DNA from: Ignavibacteriota bacterium
Lineage (GTDB): Bacteria > Bacteroidota > Ignavibacteria > UBA10030
NCBI GenBank assembly: GCA_963727825.1
Contig: CAVSHO010000009.1
Coordinates: 544,001 to 608,000, forward strand
DNA: 64,000 bases
Direction: 5' to 3'
Under the pieces are notes generated by a model, which worked only from the letters and a program-made list of their open reading frames with translations, did no database searches and had not been told where the DNA came from. How positions within the stretch are numbered: position 1 is the first letter of the stretch; the number at the start of each line of letters is the position of its first letter. This document shows positions 38,749 through 49,946 of this stretch, piece after piece. The translations under genes were made by a program, and so were the position numbers.

Positions 38749-39679
38749 CGGCAGTTTCCTCCTGCGGTTGCGCTTCTGTGTCAACCTGTGCTTTTGGTAC
38801 CATCATCCGAACAATTTCGTATGCTGAACGCATTTCATTTTCATGCTCAGCGGGTGAAGGCTCGTACTTAGCAAATTTTACTAGATCCGCAGTAATAAAA
38901 AATGAATCCATCTCTTTCCACACCTTCAAGGCATCCGGAATGTGTTTCATCTGCACAAGAATTTCGTCTGTCGTTAACTCTAATGCAATGATGCCCCACC
39001 GCCGCTCAAAGAAACGCCGAATTATCTCGGTTACCTCCGAATAGTACTGTTTTACCATTCCCTGTTGCCAGAGTTTCTTTTCTTCAAGTACACGAAGCGC
39101 CGTTAGCGCTTCGCGATGCGGCGGAATTATCACTTTGATACTTGCCAGCAAATCTTGTTTTAGTTTTTTCTTTCGCCAGTAATAATAGAATATACCGACA
39201 AGCATTGCAATAACAACCAACGCGACAAGATATGGCAAGAAATCTTCAAATAGCCATGGCGCACTAATCGGTGGTTTTATGTCTTTAATATCACCTTTGG
39301 GGTCGATAGTAACGCCTGCGATATTCAACAACAACGAATTTGTATATGCCTTATGCTTGCTGGTGTCTCCTTTGATTTTATAATCAAACTCGATTGGCGG
39401 CAGAAATATTTTTCCAGAATCAATCGTCGTTAGCCGGATCAACCATTTTGGCTCCGTACCATTTCGTTCCACTTTAATAACTTCAAGCAAGCCGACACTA
39501 TCTTTCAATAGTGGACCGATTGTATCGACTGTTGCATCAAACTTGCCTTCCACTTGCACATCGATCCAACTGCCAAGCAGAAAAGTATCCACCTCGGTTT
39601 TGGCAGTTAATCGTACTTCTTGTGCAAGCCCGATGCTTGTGAGAAGGAAGAAAAAGAAGAATGCTTTTCTAATTATCAC
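38738..39679 (-). CDS. Bat-operon conserved membrane protein
   Basis: Signal peptide, IKDIKPP before a TM helix, ADLVKFAK. Lies between DUF58 and batA. Confidence 0.85.
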   Translation of the reverse strand: MIIRKAFFFFFLLTSIGLAQEVRLTAKTEVDTFLLGSWIDVQVEGKFDATVDTIGPLLKDSVGLLEVIKVERNGTEPKWLIRLTTIDSGKIFLPPIEFDYKIKGDTSKHKAYTNSLLLNIAGVTIDPKGDIKDIKPPISAPWLFEDFLPYLVALVVIAMLVGIFYYYWRKKKLKQDLLASIKVIIPPHREALTALRVLEEKKLWQQGMVKQYYSEVTEIIRRFFERRWGIIALELTTDEILVQMKHIPDALKVWKEMDSFFITADLVKFAKYEPSPAEHENEMRSAYEIVRMMVPKAQVDTEAQPQEETADVG

Positions 39680-40551
39680 CTTCTTCTCTCCCTTAACTTG
39701 AAAAAGTCTGCCAACGGTTTGATATAAGGCTGATCAAGCCGAATTAAGACATCGTCTAATCGTGATTTGACGAATAGTGATTTGCGCGCTTCACTTGTCC
39801 TTTCACCGAACTGTTTATAGAGAAATCGAACTTGTGCATCGGAAGTATCCACAAGTCTACTTGTGCCAGATTCAGCATCGCGTAAATATATAAGCCCAAC
39901 GCCGGGAAGTTCATTCTCGCGTGGATCTTGTAAAACTACCCCAATTAAATCATGGCGTTTTCCGGCAATGCGCAGAGCCGCTTCATAATTACTGTCCATA
40001 AAATCAGAAATAACAAAAACGATACTGCGTTTTTTCTGGACATTATTAAGATATTCTAATGCTGTCTTGATACTTGTTGCCGGGCGTGTGGGTTCAAAGG
40101 AAAGCAATTCACGTACAATTCGTAATACATGTCCTCGACCTTTCCGCGGCGGCACAAATTTTTCGATCCGGTCGGTGAAGAGAATCAATCCAACTTTATC
40201 ATTATTTTTCATTGCGGAAAAAGCAAGGATAGCACTCAACTCAAGAGCTGCGTCACGCTTCAACGCAGATTGTGAACCGAAGAACTGCGAGCCGCTCATA
40301 TCTACCACCAGCATCACAGTCAATTCGCGCTCTTCCTCAAAAATCTTGACAAACGGATGATTCAACCGCGCTGTCACATTCCAATCAATCATTCGCATAT
40401 CATCGCCATATTGGTACTCGCGCACTTCTGAAAATTCCATGCCACGTCCTTTAAAGACGGAATGGTACTCTCCAGAGAAGACTTGGTTCACAAGTCCCCG
40501 TGTACGAATTTCCAGCTGCCTGACTTTTTTAAGAAGTTCTTTTGTTTCCAT
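39676..40551 (-). CDS. DUF58 domain protein
   Basis: GRGMEFSEVREYQYGDD, IDWNVTAR, EEERELTV, VISDF. Confidence 0.95.
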   Translation of the reverse strand: METKELLKKVRQLEIRTRGLVNQVFSGEYHSVFKGRGMEFSEVREYQYGDDMRMIDWNVTARLNHPFVKIFEEERELTVMLVVDMSGSQFFGSQSALKRDAALELSAILAFSAMKNNDKVGLILFTDRIEKFVPPRKGRGHVLRIVRELLSFEPTRPATSIKTALEYLNNVQKKRSIVFVISDFMDSNYEAALRIAGKRHDLIGVVLQDPRENELPGVGLIYLRDAESGTSRLVDTSDAQVRFLYKQFGERTSEARKSLFVKSRLDDVLIRLDQPYIKPLADFFKLRERRR

Positions 40552-40566
40552 CTAACTATCAATGAC

Positions 40567-41550
40567 CTATGGAACTTCCACATGGTTTAAAATTTCCATC
40601 ACTACTTGCTCCGGCGTAATTTCTTCCGCTTCGGCTTCATATGTAACGGCAATGCGGTGACGCATCACATCGGGGCAAATAGCGCGTACATCTTCAGGGA
40701 TTACGTAACCGCGCCGCTTAATAAACGCATGCGCCTTTGATGCAAGCGCTAAATTGATGGACGCGCGCGGAGATGCACCATAACTAATAAGTGGAGCAAG
40801 TTTATCTAAATTAAAATTCTTCGGTTCGCGGGTAGCAAAAACGATGTCAAGAATATATCGCTCGATCTTCTCGTCCATATACACTTGCTTTACAACTTCA
40901 CGCGCAGAGAGAATGTCTTTTGTAGATACAACATGTTTTACTGCTTTTTCGTCACCCGAAATATTTTGCCGCATAATTGTCAGTTCTTCCTCGCGCAACG
41001 GATAGCCGATTTTCACTTTCAGCATAAAGCGATCGACTTGCGCTTCGGGAAGCGGATAGGTTCCCTCCTGTTCAATAGGATTTTGGGTTGCGAGAACGAG
41101 GAATGGTTCTTCCAATTTGAATGTCTCTTCGCTAATTGTTATTTGACGTTCTTGCATTGCTTCCAGCAAAGCGCTTTGCACTTTCGCGGGTGCTCGGTTG
41201 ATTTCGTCGGCAAGAATAAAATTTGCAAAGATAGGTCCTTTGCGCGTAAAGAATTTTCCGTCTTTCTGATTATAAATCATCGTGCCGATAAGATCGGCCG
41301 GCAGTAAATCCGGTGTAAATTGCACACGCTGAAATTTTGCGTTGATTGCCGCCGCCAGCGTTTTAATGGCGAGTGTCTTTGCCAGTCCGGGTACGCCTTC
41401 CAACAGAATGTGCCCGTTACACAGCAAGCCAATTAGTAAACGATCTATCATATGCTTTTGGCCAACGATGACTTTGCCGACTTCCGAAGTCAGCGATTCG
41501 ACAAATGCGCTTTCGCGCTGAATCATTTCATTAATAGTCTTGATATCCAC
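40567..41550 (-). CDS. moxR: MoxR family AAA+ ATPase
   Basis: LEGVPGLAKT, QFTPDLLPAD, DEINRAPAKVQSALLEAM, ATQNPIEQEGTYPLPEAQ. GTG 41550 preceded by GGAGG. Confidence 0.96.
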   Translation of the reverse strand: MDIKTINEMIQRESAFVESLTSEVGKVIVGQKHMIDRLLIGLLCNGHILLEGVPGLAKTLAIKTLAAAINAKFQRVQFTPDLLPADLIGTMIYNQKDGKFFTRKGPIFANFILADEINRAPAKVQSALLEAMQERQITISEETFKLEEPFLVLATQNPIEQEGTYPLPEAQVDRFMLKVKIGYPLREEELTIMRQNISGDEKAVKHVVSTKDILSAREVVKQVYMDEKIERYILDIVFATREPKNFNLDKLAPLISYGASPRASINLALASKAHAFIKRRGYVIPEDVRAICPDVMRHRIAVTYEAEAEEITPEQVVMEILNHVEVP

Positions 41551-41861
41551 GCTTTTTTCCTCCAACTTGATTGACAAATTCTTAACTTAATAGAGACGAA
41601 GAAAAGGCTTCGTCCGTTCCCAAAATTTCTTATTAAAACGAATCGAGCCACGCAACAAATTCATAAATGAACCTGCGGGCGGCTCGGTGGCACTCTTATT
41701 CAGCAACCGTAAGAAATGTACAAAGAAATCACTCGCAATGCAACGAAACCTACGAGTACAATTGTTCTGAATTGGAACCATCATGCTGTATTTCACGTTC
41801 GAAATATAGCGGAGACATAAAATAGCGCCGTTTGTTCAACATATAATCAGGAAATACGTAT

Positions 41862-42818
41862 ATGAACGCAGAAAATAATCGTTCACAAAAAGTGGGATTG
41901 GTTGGAACGGGATTAGTCGGTTCGTCATTTGCTTATGCTTTGATGCAGCGCGGAATTGCTTCAGAACTCGTGTTAATTGACGCAAACGAAGAAAAAGCTG
42001 TCGGTGAAATGATGGACTTGAATCACGGACTTTCCTTTACCAAGCCAATGAAAATTACCGCGGGGAATTATTCCGATCTTGCGGGCTCAAAGGTTGTGGT
42101 GATCACGGCAGGCGCATCTCAAAGACCGGGCGAAACACGGCTTGATCTTCTTGCGCGTAATGCTGCGATCTTCCGTTCAATTATTCCTGAAGTGGTAAAA
42201 CATAATCCTGGCGGTATCATTCTTATTGCAACAAATCCTGTTGATATTCTCACCTACATTTCATTGAAAGAATCCAATTTGCTTCCGACAAAAGTAATCG
42301 GTTCCGGTACAATTCTCGACACTTCACGCTTTAGGTTTTTACTCGGACAATATTATGAAGTTGATACGCGAAGCGTTCACGCGTACATAGTAGGCGAGCA
42401 TGGAGATAGCGAGATTCCATTGTGGAGCATGGCAAACATAGGCGGTGTGCGTTTGCAGGAATTTGCCCCGCTTAAGAACAAACAATACGATCAAGGAGAA
42501 ATGAACAAGCTCTTCGTTAGCGTGCGGGACGCAGCATACGAAATCATCAAGCGAAAAGGCGCAAGTTACTATGCCATCGGGCTTGGATTGCTTTCTATCG
42601 TTGAAGCAATTCTTGGCGATTACCGTTCTGTGCTCTCCATCTCGACATTGATGACAGGGCAGTACGGCGCAAACGATATTTGCCTTAGCCTTCCTTCAGT
42701 GGTTGGGGAAAACGGCGTTGAAGAAATACTAACATTATCGATGAACGCCGAAGAACAAGAAGGGTTCCGCGCATCTGCAGATAAGCTTAAAGCAACATTA
42801 GACAATTTGCAGGCTTGA
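41862..42818 (+). CDS. ldh: L-lactate dehydrogenase
   Basis: GTGLVG, AGASQRPGETRLDL (Gln indicates LDH specificity), NPVD, GEHGDSE. Confidence 0.95.
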   Translation: MNAENNRSQKVGLVGTGLVGSSFAYALMQRGIASELVLIDANEEKAVGEMMDLNHGLSFTKPMKITAGNYSDLAGSKVVVITAGASQRPGETRLDLLARNAAIFRSIIPEVVKHNPGGIILIATNPVDILTYISLKESNLLPTKVIGSGTILDTSRFRFLLGQYYEVDTRSVHAYIVGEHGDSEIPLWSMANIGGVRLQEFAPLKNKQYDQGEMNKLFVSVRDAAYEIIKRKGASYYAIGLGLLSIVEAILGDYRSVLSISTLMTGQYGANDICLSLPSVVGENGVEEILTLSMNAEEQEGFRASADKLKATLDNLQA

Positions 42819-42999
42819 TAATGCATGACTAAGGTATTGGTTAACCTAATTGTACGAAGCTCGGCCCAAAAACTTCTGCTACCAAACTTTTCACTAAAAT
42901 TACTAATTGATTTCTTCGTCTTTCTTCCTAAATTGCTGATTATCATAATGTAATTCCTTTAGCGGAAGTTGCATCAGACTCAATTATTCGGAAAAAAAT

Positions 43000-43941
43000 A
43001 TGACCTTTATCAAGCCGCCGAAATTACGTAAAGGATCCACAATTGGTCTCGTTGCACCGGCAAGCACTCCATCAACAGAAGAAAAGGTTGAGAAAGGCGC
43101 TGCCTATCTTGAGCAACTTGGTTATCGCGTGAAGTTTGGCGAACACATTCGCAAAATGCACGGCTATCTTGCCGGAACGGATGAAGAGCGAGCAGATGAT
43201 TTCAACAATATGGTGCGCGATAAAGATGTGAAGGCCATTTTTACTATCCGCGGCGGGTATGGCACACCGCGTATTCTTCAGATGATTGATTATCGTTTGC
43301 TGAAACAAAATCCTAAAATAATTGTCGGGTATAGCGATATTACGGCATTGCAGCTTGCAATTTTCTGCAAGATTGGATTGGTAACATTCTCAGGCCCTAT
43401 GACGGGCGTGGAAATGTGGAAAGGAATGGATCTTTACACCGAAGAACATTTCTGGCAATTGCTTACATCAACAAAGAAAATTGGCGTACTTAAAAATCCA
43501 AATGATGAACCGTTGAAAATACTTAAGCAAGGCAAAGCACACGGACGATTGCTTGGCGGGAATCTATCAATGATTGCGTGTCTTATGGGGACACCATTTC
43601 TAGCGAAACTGCGCAGATCAATTCTCTTTATAGAAGATGTCGAAGAAGCGCCGCACCGTATCGATCGAATGTTAGCGCAGTTGCTCAATGCCGGAGTATT
43701 AAACAAACTTGCAGGATTGGTGTTTGGAAAATTTACGAACTGCAATCCAAGCGATCCTTCTGAGCCGCATCTCACAATCGAGCAAATGCAAGCTGAGTAT
43801 GCAAATAAAATAAAATGTCCCGTCGTCGGTAATTTTCAATATGGTCATATTCCCTGTATGCTGACAGTGCCAATAGGACTTCAAGCAATGCTCGACTCCA
43901 ATTACAACCGGATTGAAGTATTGGAAAATGCTGTGATTTAG
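43000..43941 (+). CDS. LD-carboxypeptidase (peptidase S66)
   Basis: RGGYG, GYSDIT, GGNL, FIEDVEE, YGH. Confidence 0.93.
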   Translation: MTFIKPPKLRKGSTIGLVAPASTPSTEEKVEKGAAYLEQLGYRVKFGEHIRKMHGYLAGTDEERADDFNNMVRDKDVKAIFTIRGGYGTPRILQMIDYRLLKQNPKIIVGYSDITALQLAIFCKIGLVTFSGPMTGVEMWKGMDLYTEEHFWQLLTSTKKIGVLKNPNDEPLKILKQGKAHGRLLGGNLSMIACLMGTPFLAKLRRSILFIEDVEEAPHRIDRMLAQLLNAGVLNKLAGLVFGKFTNCNPSDPSEPHLTIEQMQAEYANKIKCPVVGNFQYGHIPCMLTVPIGLQAMLDSNYNRIEVLENAVI

Positions 43942-43955
43942 AAAGAAGACAAGCC

Positions 43956-44663
43956 ATGAATTCCCAAACAAATTCCATTCTTACAATACTTTATTCCAAG
44001 GCTAATCCCAAGAATGTTGAGGGAATGGCACGCTACGGCATTAAAAGTCATCGTAATGTGCTTGGCGTTTCTTCAAAATTTCTTTCTTCGCTTGCTAAAA
44101 GCATTGGCACTAATCAAGAGCTTGCACTTGAACTTTGGCAAACCGAAATCTATGATGCACGAATTCTTGGCGCCCTTATCGCCGATCCAAAGCAATTGAA
44201 GAAAAGCACAATGAATTTATGGGTGAAAGATTTTGATAACTGGGCGATTTGCGACGGAGTATGCATGCATTGTTTCCGAGATACTCCTTATGCGCATGAA
44301 CTTGCTTTGAAATGGGTAAAACAAAAAAGGGAGTTTATCAGGCGAGCAGGATTTACACTGATAGCGACGCTTTGTGTCAACGATAAGAAGGCGGATGATG
44401 CGGTGTTCCTCAAATATCTTCCGCTCATAAAGAAGTATGCAACAGATGAGCGCACTTATGTGAAGAAAGCAGTCAATTGGGCGCTACGGCAGATTGGAAA
44501 ACGCAGTCTGAGGCTTAATCCATATGCCATCAAGACTGCCGAGGAAATTCATAGAATAAATTCTTCTTCCGCCAAGTGGATCGCATCGGATGCGCTAAGA
44601 GAATTACGCAGTCCGGCTGTGCAGAAGCGGTTAAAAAGGCCTGATCGATCAAAAAGCTGTTAA
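43956..44663 (+). CDS. DNA alkylation repair protein (AlkD-like)
   Basis: DFDNWAICD, DERTYVKKAVNWALRQIGKR, WIASDALREL. Confidence 0.9.
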   Translation: MNSQTNSILTILYSKANPKNVEGMARYGIKSHRNVLGVSSKFLSSLAKSIGTNQELALELWQTEIYDARILGALIADPKQLKKSTMNLWVKDFDNWAICDGVCMHCFRDTPYAHELALKWVKQKREFIRRAGFTLIATLCVNDKKADDAVFLKYLPLIKKYATDERTYVKKAVNWALRQIGKRSLRLNPYAIKTAEEIHRINSSSAKWIASDALRELRSPAVQKRLKRPDRSKSC

Positions 44664-44669
44664 ACTATT

Positions 44670-45476
44670 CTAAATATTATAACCAATGCCCTTAAAAAAG
44701 GTATAACAAAAAACACCATCTGTTTGAGTTGTCCTATATAAATCTTGAACTCCTCTGTCAAAAGATGCCGCATCCATTATTGAACCTTTAATCGCCTTCT
44801 CCCTTATCCCTTCAATCATAGCCGTAAAAGTATTTTTTGTGAATCCTTCAACAAAATCAGGTTTGCTTGAGTCTACATAGACCATTCTTGGAAATACTTT
44901 ACATGTTTTAAATCCTGAATTAACGAGTAAAGGATAAAGTTGTCTGCCTATTAATGCATTACCACCATTTTCTGATTGCAATTTTACTTGGGCATTAATT
45001 GCTGCTTGTGCATGCTGACTATACGGATAAAAGAATGTTGAACCATGGTCTCCCTCAATGACAGTCATAGTTCCGCCCTTTTTTAAAACCTTTTTAAGGA
45101 GAATTAATGCATCTATAGGATTGGAAAGATGTTCAAGAACAAAACAGACAAAAATATGATCAAACGATTCTTCTTGAAATTTCAAATCAAAAATATTACC
45201 AACCTGAAATTCAACATTACGAATATTGAGCGATTTTATAAGATAGTCTGCCTTATGTAACGACTCCTCGGAAATATCAATTGATATAAATTTTGAATCT
45301 GGATTCTTTGGAGCAATGATCTTGGTTTGCGCTCCAACTCCACAGCCAGCTTCAAGGATCGTTGAACCTTTTGGAAATATTGAATCGTGATGAAGAAGTT
45401 CGCTCAAACAATTAGCTTGATCTTCCAATCTGATAGATTCTCGTTCGTTATACCCATGCACATAATCATTATTCAT
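44670..45476 (-). CDS. Class I SAM-dependent methyltransferase
   Basis: LEAGCGVG, IDIS, FDHIFVCFVLEH, LKKGG. Start ATG 45476. Confidence 0.92.
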   Translation of the reverse strand: MNNDYVHGYNERESIRLEDQANCLSELLHHDSIFPKGSTILEAGCGVGAQTKIIAPKNPDSKFISIDISEESLHKADYLIKSLNIRNVEFQVGNIFDLKFQEESFDHIFVCFVLEHLSNPIDALILLKKVLKKGGTMTVIEGDHGSTFFYPYSQHAQAAINAQVKLQSENGGNALIGRQLYPLLVNSGFKTCKVFPRMVYVDSSKPDFVEGFTKNTFTAMIEGIREKAIKGSIMDAASFDRGVQDLYRTTQTDGVFCYTFFKGIGYNI

Positions 45477-45501
45477 ATTGCTTGATCTTCTCCAAGTCAA
45501 A

Positions 45502-46278
45502 TTACAATGCCTCTTTGAGTCTTCGCACCCAGCCGCTAATTTCTTTCACTGAGTTTTTCTTGACGATTCTTTGAATGAGCGCGCTTCCAACAATGACACC
45601 ATCTGAATATTGAGCTATGAGACGTGCGTCTGCTGGAGTTTTTATTCCAAATCCAACTAACACTGGATTTTTTTTTGTATTATGCTTTACGCGTTTCACA
45701 TACGACTTTATATCGCCTACGTTCGAGCGCCCTGTCACTCCGGTAGTTGAAACACAATAGAGAAATCCTGACGTAGCTTTATCAATTTCTCGAATTCGTT
45801 TGTCTGGGGTAGCGGGGCTAACCAAAAGAATATCTGCAAGATGATATTTCCGAGTAATTGACAAATAACGATCCGATTCCTCTAAAGGAACTTCCGGAAG
45901 GATAACGCCGTCAACACCGTCTTTCGCTGCATCAGCAAAAAACCGTTCTACACCGTAATGAATAATAGGATTGAGATAGCCCATAAGGACGAGTGGGATA
46001 TCAGAGTGTTTACGGATTGCCCTCACGTACTCCAAAATATGGTTAAGTGTAATTCCGTTTTTGATAGCTTGCTGTGAACTTGCCTGGATTACCGGCCCGT
46101 CTGCAAGTGGATCAGAAAACGGCATACCAAGCTCGATGATATCGGCTCCGCCCTTTTCAATTTCTCGCACAAGTGAAACTGTAGCCTCTAAAGCCGGGAA
46201 TCCAGCAGTAACAAAGCATACTAATGCTTTTTCTTTTCTATCAGTCAGATATTTAAGCTTTTCTGTAATTCTATTCAT
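45502..46278 (-). CDS. trpA: Tryptophan synthase alpha chain
   Basis: [40 protein letters not shown]. Confidence 0.98.
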   Translation of the reverse strand: MNRITEKLKYLTDRKEKALVCFVTAGFPALEATVSLVREIEKGGADIIELGMPFSDPLADGPVIQASSQQAIKNGITLNHILEYVRAIRKHSDIPLVLMGYLNPIIHYGVERFFADAAKDGVDGVILPEVPLEESDRYLSITRKYHLADILLVSPATPDKRIREIDKATSGFLYCVSTTGVTGRSNVGDIKSYVKRVKHNTKKNPVLVGFGIKTPADARLIAQYSDGVIVGSALIQRIVKKNSVKEISGWVRRLKEAL

Positions 46279-47492
46279 TCCTTTTTCTCCTGAACTGAAA
46301 ACACGGCGGAATACGTTATCATATCCTTATCGCCGCGGCCAGATAAATTAACTACAATAATATCTTTCTTCGATGTCCTTGGCATAAGTATATTAAGATA
46401 TGCCAGCGCATGTGCTGACTCGAGCGCAGGAATAATTCCTTCCAATTGTGAAATCAATTTTGCTGCATTAAGTGCCTGCTTGTCTGTGACAGAGACATAC
46501 TGAACTCTTTTAAAATCTTTCAACGCGCTATGTTCCGGACCTACGCCAGGATAATCAAGTCCGGCAGAGATCGAGTGTGCTAATTCTACCTGCCCATTTT
46601 TGTCTTGAAGCAAATAACTGAAAGAGCCATGCAAAACACCAGGTCTTCCTTTCGAAAGTGTCGCCGCATGTTTATTCGTGTTCAATCCGCAACCCGCGGC
46701 TTCTACACCAATCATGCGGACATCCTTTTTGATAAATGGATAAAACAAACCCATGGCGTTGCTGCCACCTCCAACACAAGCAAGAAGAATGGTGGGAACA
46801 CTTTTTTCATTCGCAAGAATTTGTTTTCGCGTTTCTTCACCGATGATCGATTGGAAATCACGAACCATCATCGGATATGGATGCGGGCCGACAACAGAAC
46901 CGATAATGTAAAAAGTGTCGTCAACATTCGTAACCCAATCGCGAATAGCTTCGCTTGTCGCATCTTTTAGTGTGCGGCTTCCCGTAGTAACAGAAATAAC
47001 TTCTGCACCCAGCATTTTCATCCGATGTACGTTTAATTCCTGTCGGTGAATATCTTCTTCCCCCATATAGACGACGCACGGCAACCCCATTTTTGCAGCG
47101 ACAGTTGCTGTTGCAACACCATGCTGACCTGCGCCTGTTTCTGCAATGATACGTTTTTTGCCAGCGCGTTTCGCCAATAAAATCTGACCTATTGTGTTAT
47201 TAATCTTATGTGCGCCTGTATGGCATAGATCTTCACGCTTCAAATAGATTTTTCCTTGTCCGTAATGATCTGTCAATCGATTTGCAAATGTCATTGGTGT
47301 TGGACGCCCCGCGTAAGTGTGCAACATCGTAACAAATTCTTTTTTGAATTCAGAATCGCGTTTCACTTCGCTATAAAGTTCTTCAAGCTCGAATAGTGCG
47401 TGCATTAATGTCTCTGGCACAAATCTGCCGCCGTATATGCCAAAGTAGCCGAATTTGTCCGGATAGTTGTAGAAGTATTTCTGTGATTTCAT
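46275..47492 (-). CDS. trpB: Tryptophan synthase beta chain
   Basis: [45 protein letters not shown]. Confidence 0.98.
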   Translation of the reverse strand: MKSQKYFYNYPDKFGYFGIYGGRFVPETLMHALFELEELYSEVKRDSEFKKEFVTMLHTYAGRPTPMTFANRLTDHYGQGKIYLKREDLCHTGAHKINNTIGQILLAKRAGKKRIIAETGAGQHGVATATVAAKMGLPCVVYMGEEDIHRQELNVHRMKMLGAEVISVTTGSRTLKDATSEAIRDWVTNVDDTFYIIGSVVGPHPYPMMVRDFQSIIGEETRKQILANEKSVPTILLACVGGGSNAMGLFYPFIKKDVRMIGVEAAGCGLNTNKHAATLSKGRPGVLHGSFSYLLQDKNGQVELAHSISAGLDYPGVGPEHSALKDFKRVQYVSVTDKQALNAAKLISQLEGIIPALESAHALAYLNILMPRTSKKDIIVVNLSGRGDKDMITYSAVFSVQEKKE

Positions 47493-47527
47493 TTTCCCCT
47501 TTCCTTGTCTATATAAATATTCGGATT

Positions 47528-48145
47528 TCAAACATTTTTTATTTGTTTCAGAAGTTCAAACAATAATTTTAATTTACCAGGGTCCTTCTTCCCTGGACAT
47601 TCCTCAACCCCGCTATTCACATCCACAGCATACGGTTGTACTATCCGAACTGCTTCAATAATATTTTCCGGTTTCAATCCGCCGGCAAGAATAATGCGCC
47701 CGTATTTCTTTGCTTTGACGGCTATTTCCCAATTAAATGTTTGACCTGTGCCGCCCAGTTCGCCGGATATTTTCGTATCTAAAAGGTACGCTGATCCTTT
47801 ATATCGCCGAAGAATTTCCGGATTAAAATTGGAATCAACGCGGAATGATTTACACACAGGCACAGGATATTTTGAAAGTTGCTTGGACGTCTCTTTGCCA
47901 TGAAGCTGCACACAGCCGATACCTGTTTGATCGATAATCTCTATGATATTATTATACTCCATATCAACGAAGACGCCAACTGGCACAACGAAGGGCGGTA
48001 ATTCCTGAATGATCCTTCTAGCAGCTTTTAGAGCGATATATCGCGGACTTGATTTGACAAAAATAAAACCCAATGCATCGGCACCAAGTTCTGCTGCATA
48101 GAGTGCATCATCAATATTTGTGATACCGCAAATTTTAGCTTTCAT
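47528..48145 (-). CDS. trpF: Phosphoribosylanthranilate isomerase
   Basis: [28 protein letters not shown]. Confidence 0.97.
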   Translation of the reverse strand: MKAKICGITNIDDALYAAELGADALGFIFVKSSPRYIALKAARRIIQELPPFVVPVGVFVDMEYNNIIEIIDQTGIGCVQLHGKETSKQLSKYPVPVCKSFRVDSNFNPEILRRYKGSAYLLDTKISGELGGTGQTFNWEIAVKAKKYGRIILAGGLKPENIIEAVRIVQPYAVDVNSGVEECPGKKDPGKLKLLFELLKQIKNV

Positions 48146-48936
48146 TTATTTAATTCCTTTGAGGAGATCAACAAGACATGCAATGCTTCACCAGGATTTG
48201 AAGAACGCATTAAACTTTCGCCTACGAGAACAGCGTGAATACCGTTTGCAGCAAGTCGCTCAATATCTGTTCTATTACTAATACCGCTTTCGCTGACAAC
48301 GATAATATTTTTCGGAATTCGCGAAGCTATCCGAATGGTTGTCGAAATATCAACTTTGAAATTTGATAGATTACGATTATTGATTCCGATAGTTCTGATT
48401 GGAATATAATTAAGAATATTTAACTCTTGTATCTTATGCACTTCAACAAGACATTCAAGCCCAAGTGCAATCGCTTCATTAAATAGGTCGCGTAGACGTT
48501 CCTGTTTCATCGCTGCCGCAATCAACAGCACAGCATCAGCACCAAACGCTTTAGCCTCCACAAGCTGATACGAATCTATTATAAAATCTTTCCGCAGAAT
48601 TGGAATCGGCACAGATGAACGCATTTCTGCAATGAAGCTAATATCTCCTTGAAAATATTTTTTATCCGTTAACACTGAAAGAGCATTGGCTCCGCCACCA
48701 ACATATTCACGTGCAATCTCCAACGGATTAAAATCCTCCCGGATGATTTTTTTTGACGGTGATGCCTTTTTAATCTCCGCTATGATAGCAGTATCTTTTC
48801 CGTCTAAAGCTTTTTCCAACGAGTAACATTTCCGAGCGAAGTTCGGCATATTTTTCAGCCGCTCTAATGAAACTGTTTGTTTTGCAAGTGCGATTTCCTG
48901 CCGTTTATGTTCAAGAATTTCTTCGAGGATGTTCAT
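48142..48936 (-). CDS. trpC: Indole-3-glycerol phosphate synthase
   Basis: IAEIKKASPSK, LSVLTD, LRKDFI, GINNRNL, VSESGI. Confidence 0.97.
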   Translation of the reverse strand: MNILEEILEHKRQEIALAKQTVSLERLKNMPNFARKCYSLEKALDGKDTAIIAEIKKASPSKKIIREDFNPLEIAREYVGGGANALSVLTDKKYFQGDISFIAEMRSSVPIPILRKDFIIDSYQLVEAKAFGADAVLLIAAAMKQERLRDLFNEAIALGLECLVEVHKIQELNILNYIPIRTIGINNRNLSNFKVDISTTIRIASRIPKNIIVVSESGISNRTDIERLAANGIHAVLVGESLMRSSNPGEALHVLLISSKELNK

Positions 48937-49946
48937 AATTGATTTGTATATTGAATAAGTTTTTGCAATTTATCCAACGCTTTGCCGGAATTAATTGACT
49001 CTTCAGCTTTCTGTTTTCCTTCAAGAATTGTTTTTGCTTTTCCTGAAACATAAATTCCAAGCGCAGCATTGGCGACAGTTACATCACGCGCGGAATTATT
49101 CCCGCCTTGTAAAACATTCATTGCGATTATTGCATTCGCATTCTTATCACCACCGCGAAGGCTATCAAGTGCCAGTTGTGAAAAACCAAAATTCTCCGGT
49201 TGTAAATGATATTCACGCGGTTGTTCATTCTTATTTACTTCATGCACTTTTGTTCCACCCGAAAGTGTCACTTCATCCATGCCGTCATCGCTGTGGACAA
49301 CGCATGCCTTTTCGGCACCAAGCTTCTGGAGTGCCCCAGCAAGAATTGGAGCAACTTGAGGATTATAAACTCCTACAAGTTGACGTTTTACTCCTGCCGG
49401 ATTTGTCAGCGGACCGATAATATTGAAAATACTTCGCACGCCTAATTCTGCTCGCGGCTTAGCGGCATACTTCATTGCCGGATGATGCAACGGTGCAAAT
49501 AAGAATCCGATACCGATGCGGTTAATGCATTCTTGTACTGCTTCAGCCGAACACTGGACGTTCACACCCAGGACCGTGAGCACGTCTGCACTGCCGCATT
49601 GACTTGAGACGGAGCGATTGCCATGCTTTGCAACTGTAACGCCGGCCCCCGCCGCTACAAATGATGCAACGGTTGAAATGTTAAATGTGCCCAGACCGTC
49701 GCCGCCGGTGCCGCACATATCAATTGCGTCTGGATCTTCTATGGAAATCTTTATAGCATGCTCACGCATCGTACGGGCAAAGCCAACTAACTCATCTACC
49801 GTTTCGCCTTTTGCGCGTAGAGCAATCATTAAACCGGCAATTTGGGAATCTGTTGCCCTTCCAGTCATTATTGTGTCGAGCGCGCTTGATGCTTCTGCCA
49901 CTGTCAGGTGTTCGCCCGATAAACATTTTTCAATATGCGTTTTCAT
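48933..49946 (-). CDS. trpD: Anthranilate phosphoribosyltransferase
   Basis: DMCGTGGDG, NIST, KHGNRSVSS, GSADVL. Confidence 0.97.
   Translation of the reverse strand: MKTHIEKCLSGEHLTVAEASSALDTIMTGRATDSQIAGLMIALRAKGETVDELVGFARTMREHAIKISIEDPDAIDMCGTGGDGLGTFNISTVASFVAAGAGVTVAKHGNRSVSSQCGSADVLTVLGVNVQCSAEAVQECINRIGIGFLFAPLHHPAMKYAAKPRAELGVRSIFNIIGPLTNPAGVKRQLVGVYNPQVAPILAGALQKLGAEKACVVHSDDGMDEVTLSGGTKVHEVNKNEQPREYHLQPENFGFSQLALDSLRGGDKNANAIIAMNVLQGGNNSARDVTVANAALGIYVSGKAKTILEGKQKAEESINSGKALDKLQKLIQYTNQL

Noticed and set aside
41700-41860. Rex operator upstream of ldh
   Set aside because: No TTGTGAA-n4-TTCACAA-like site found.
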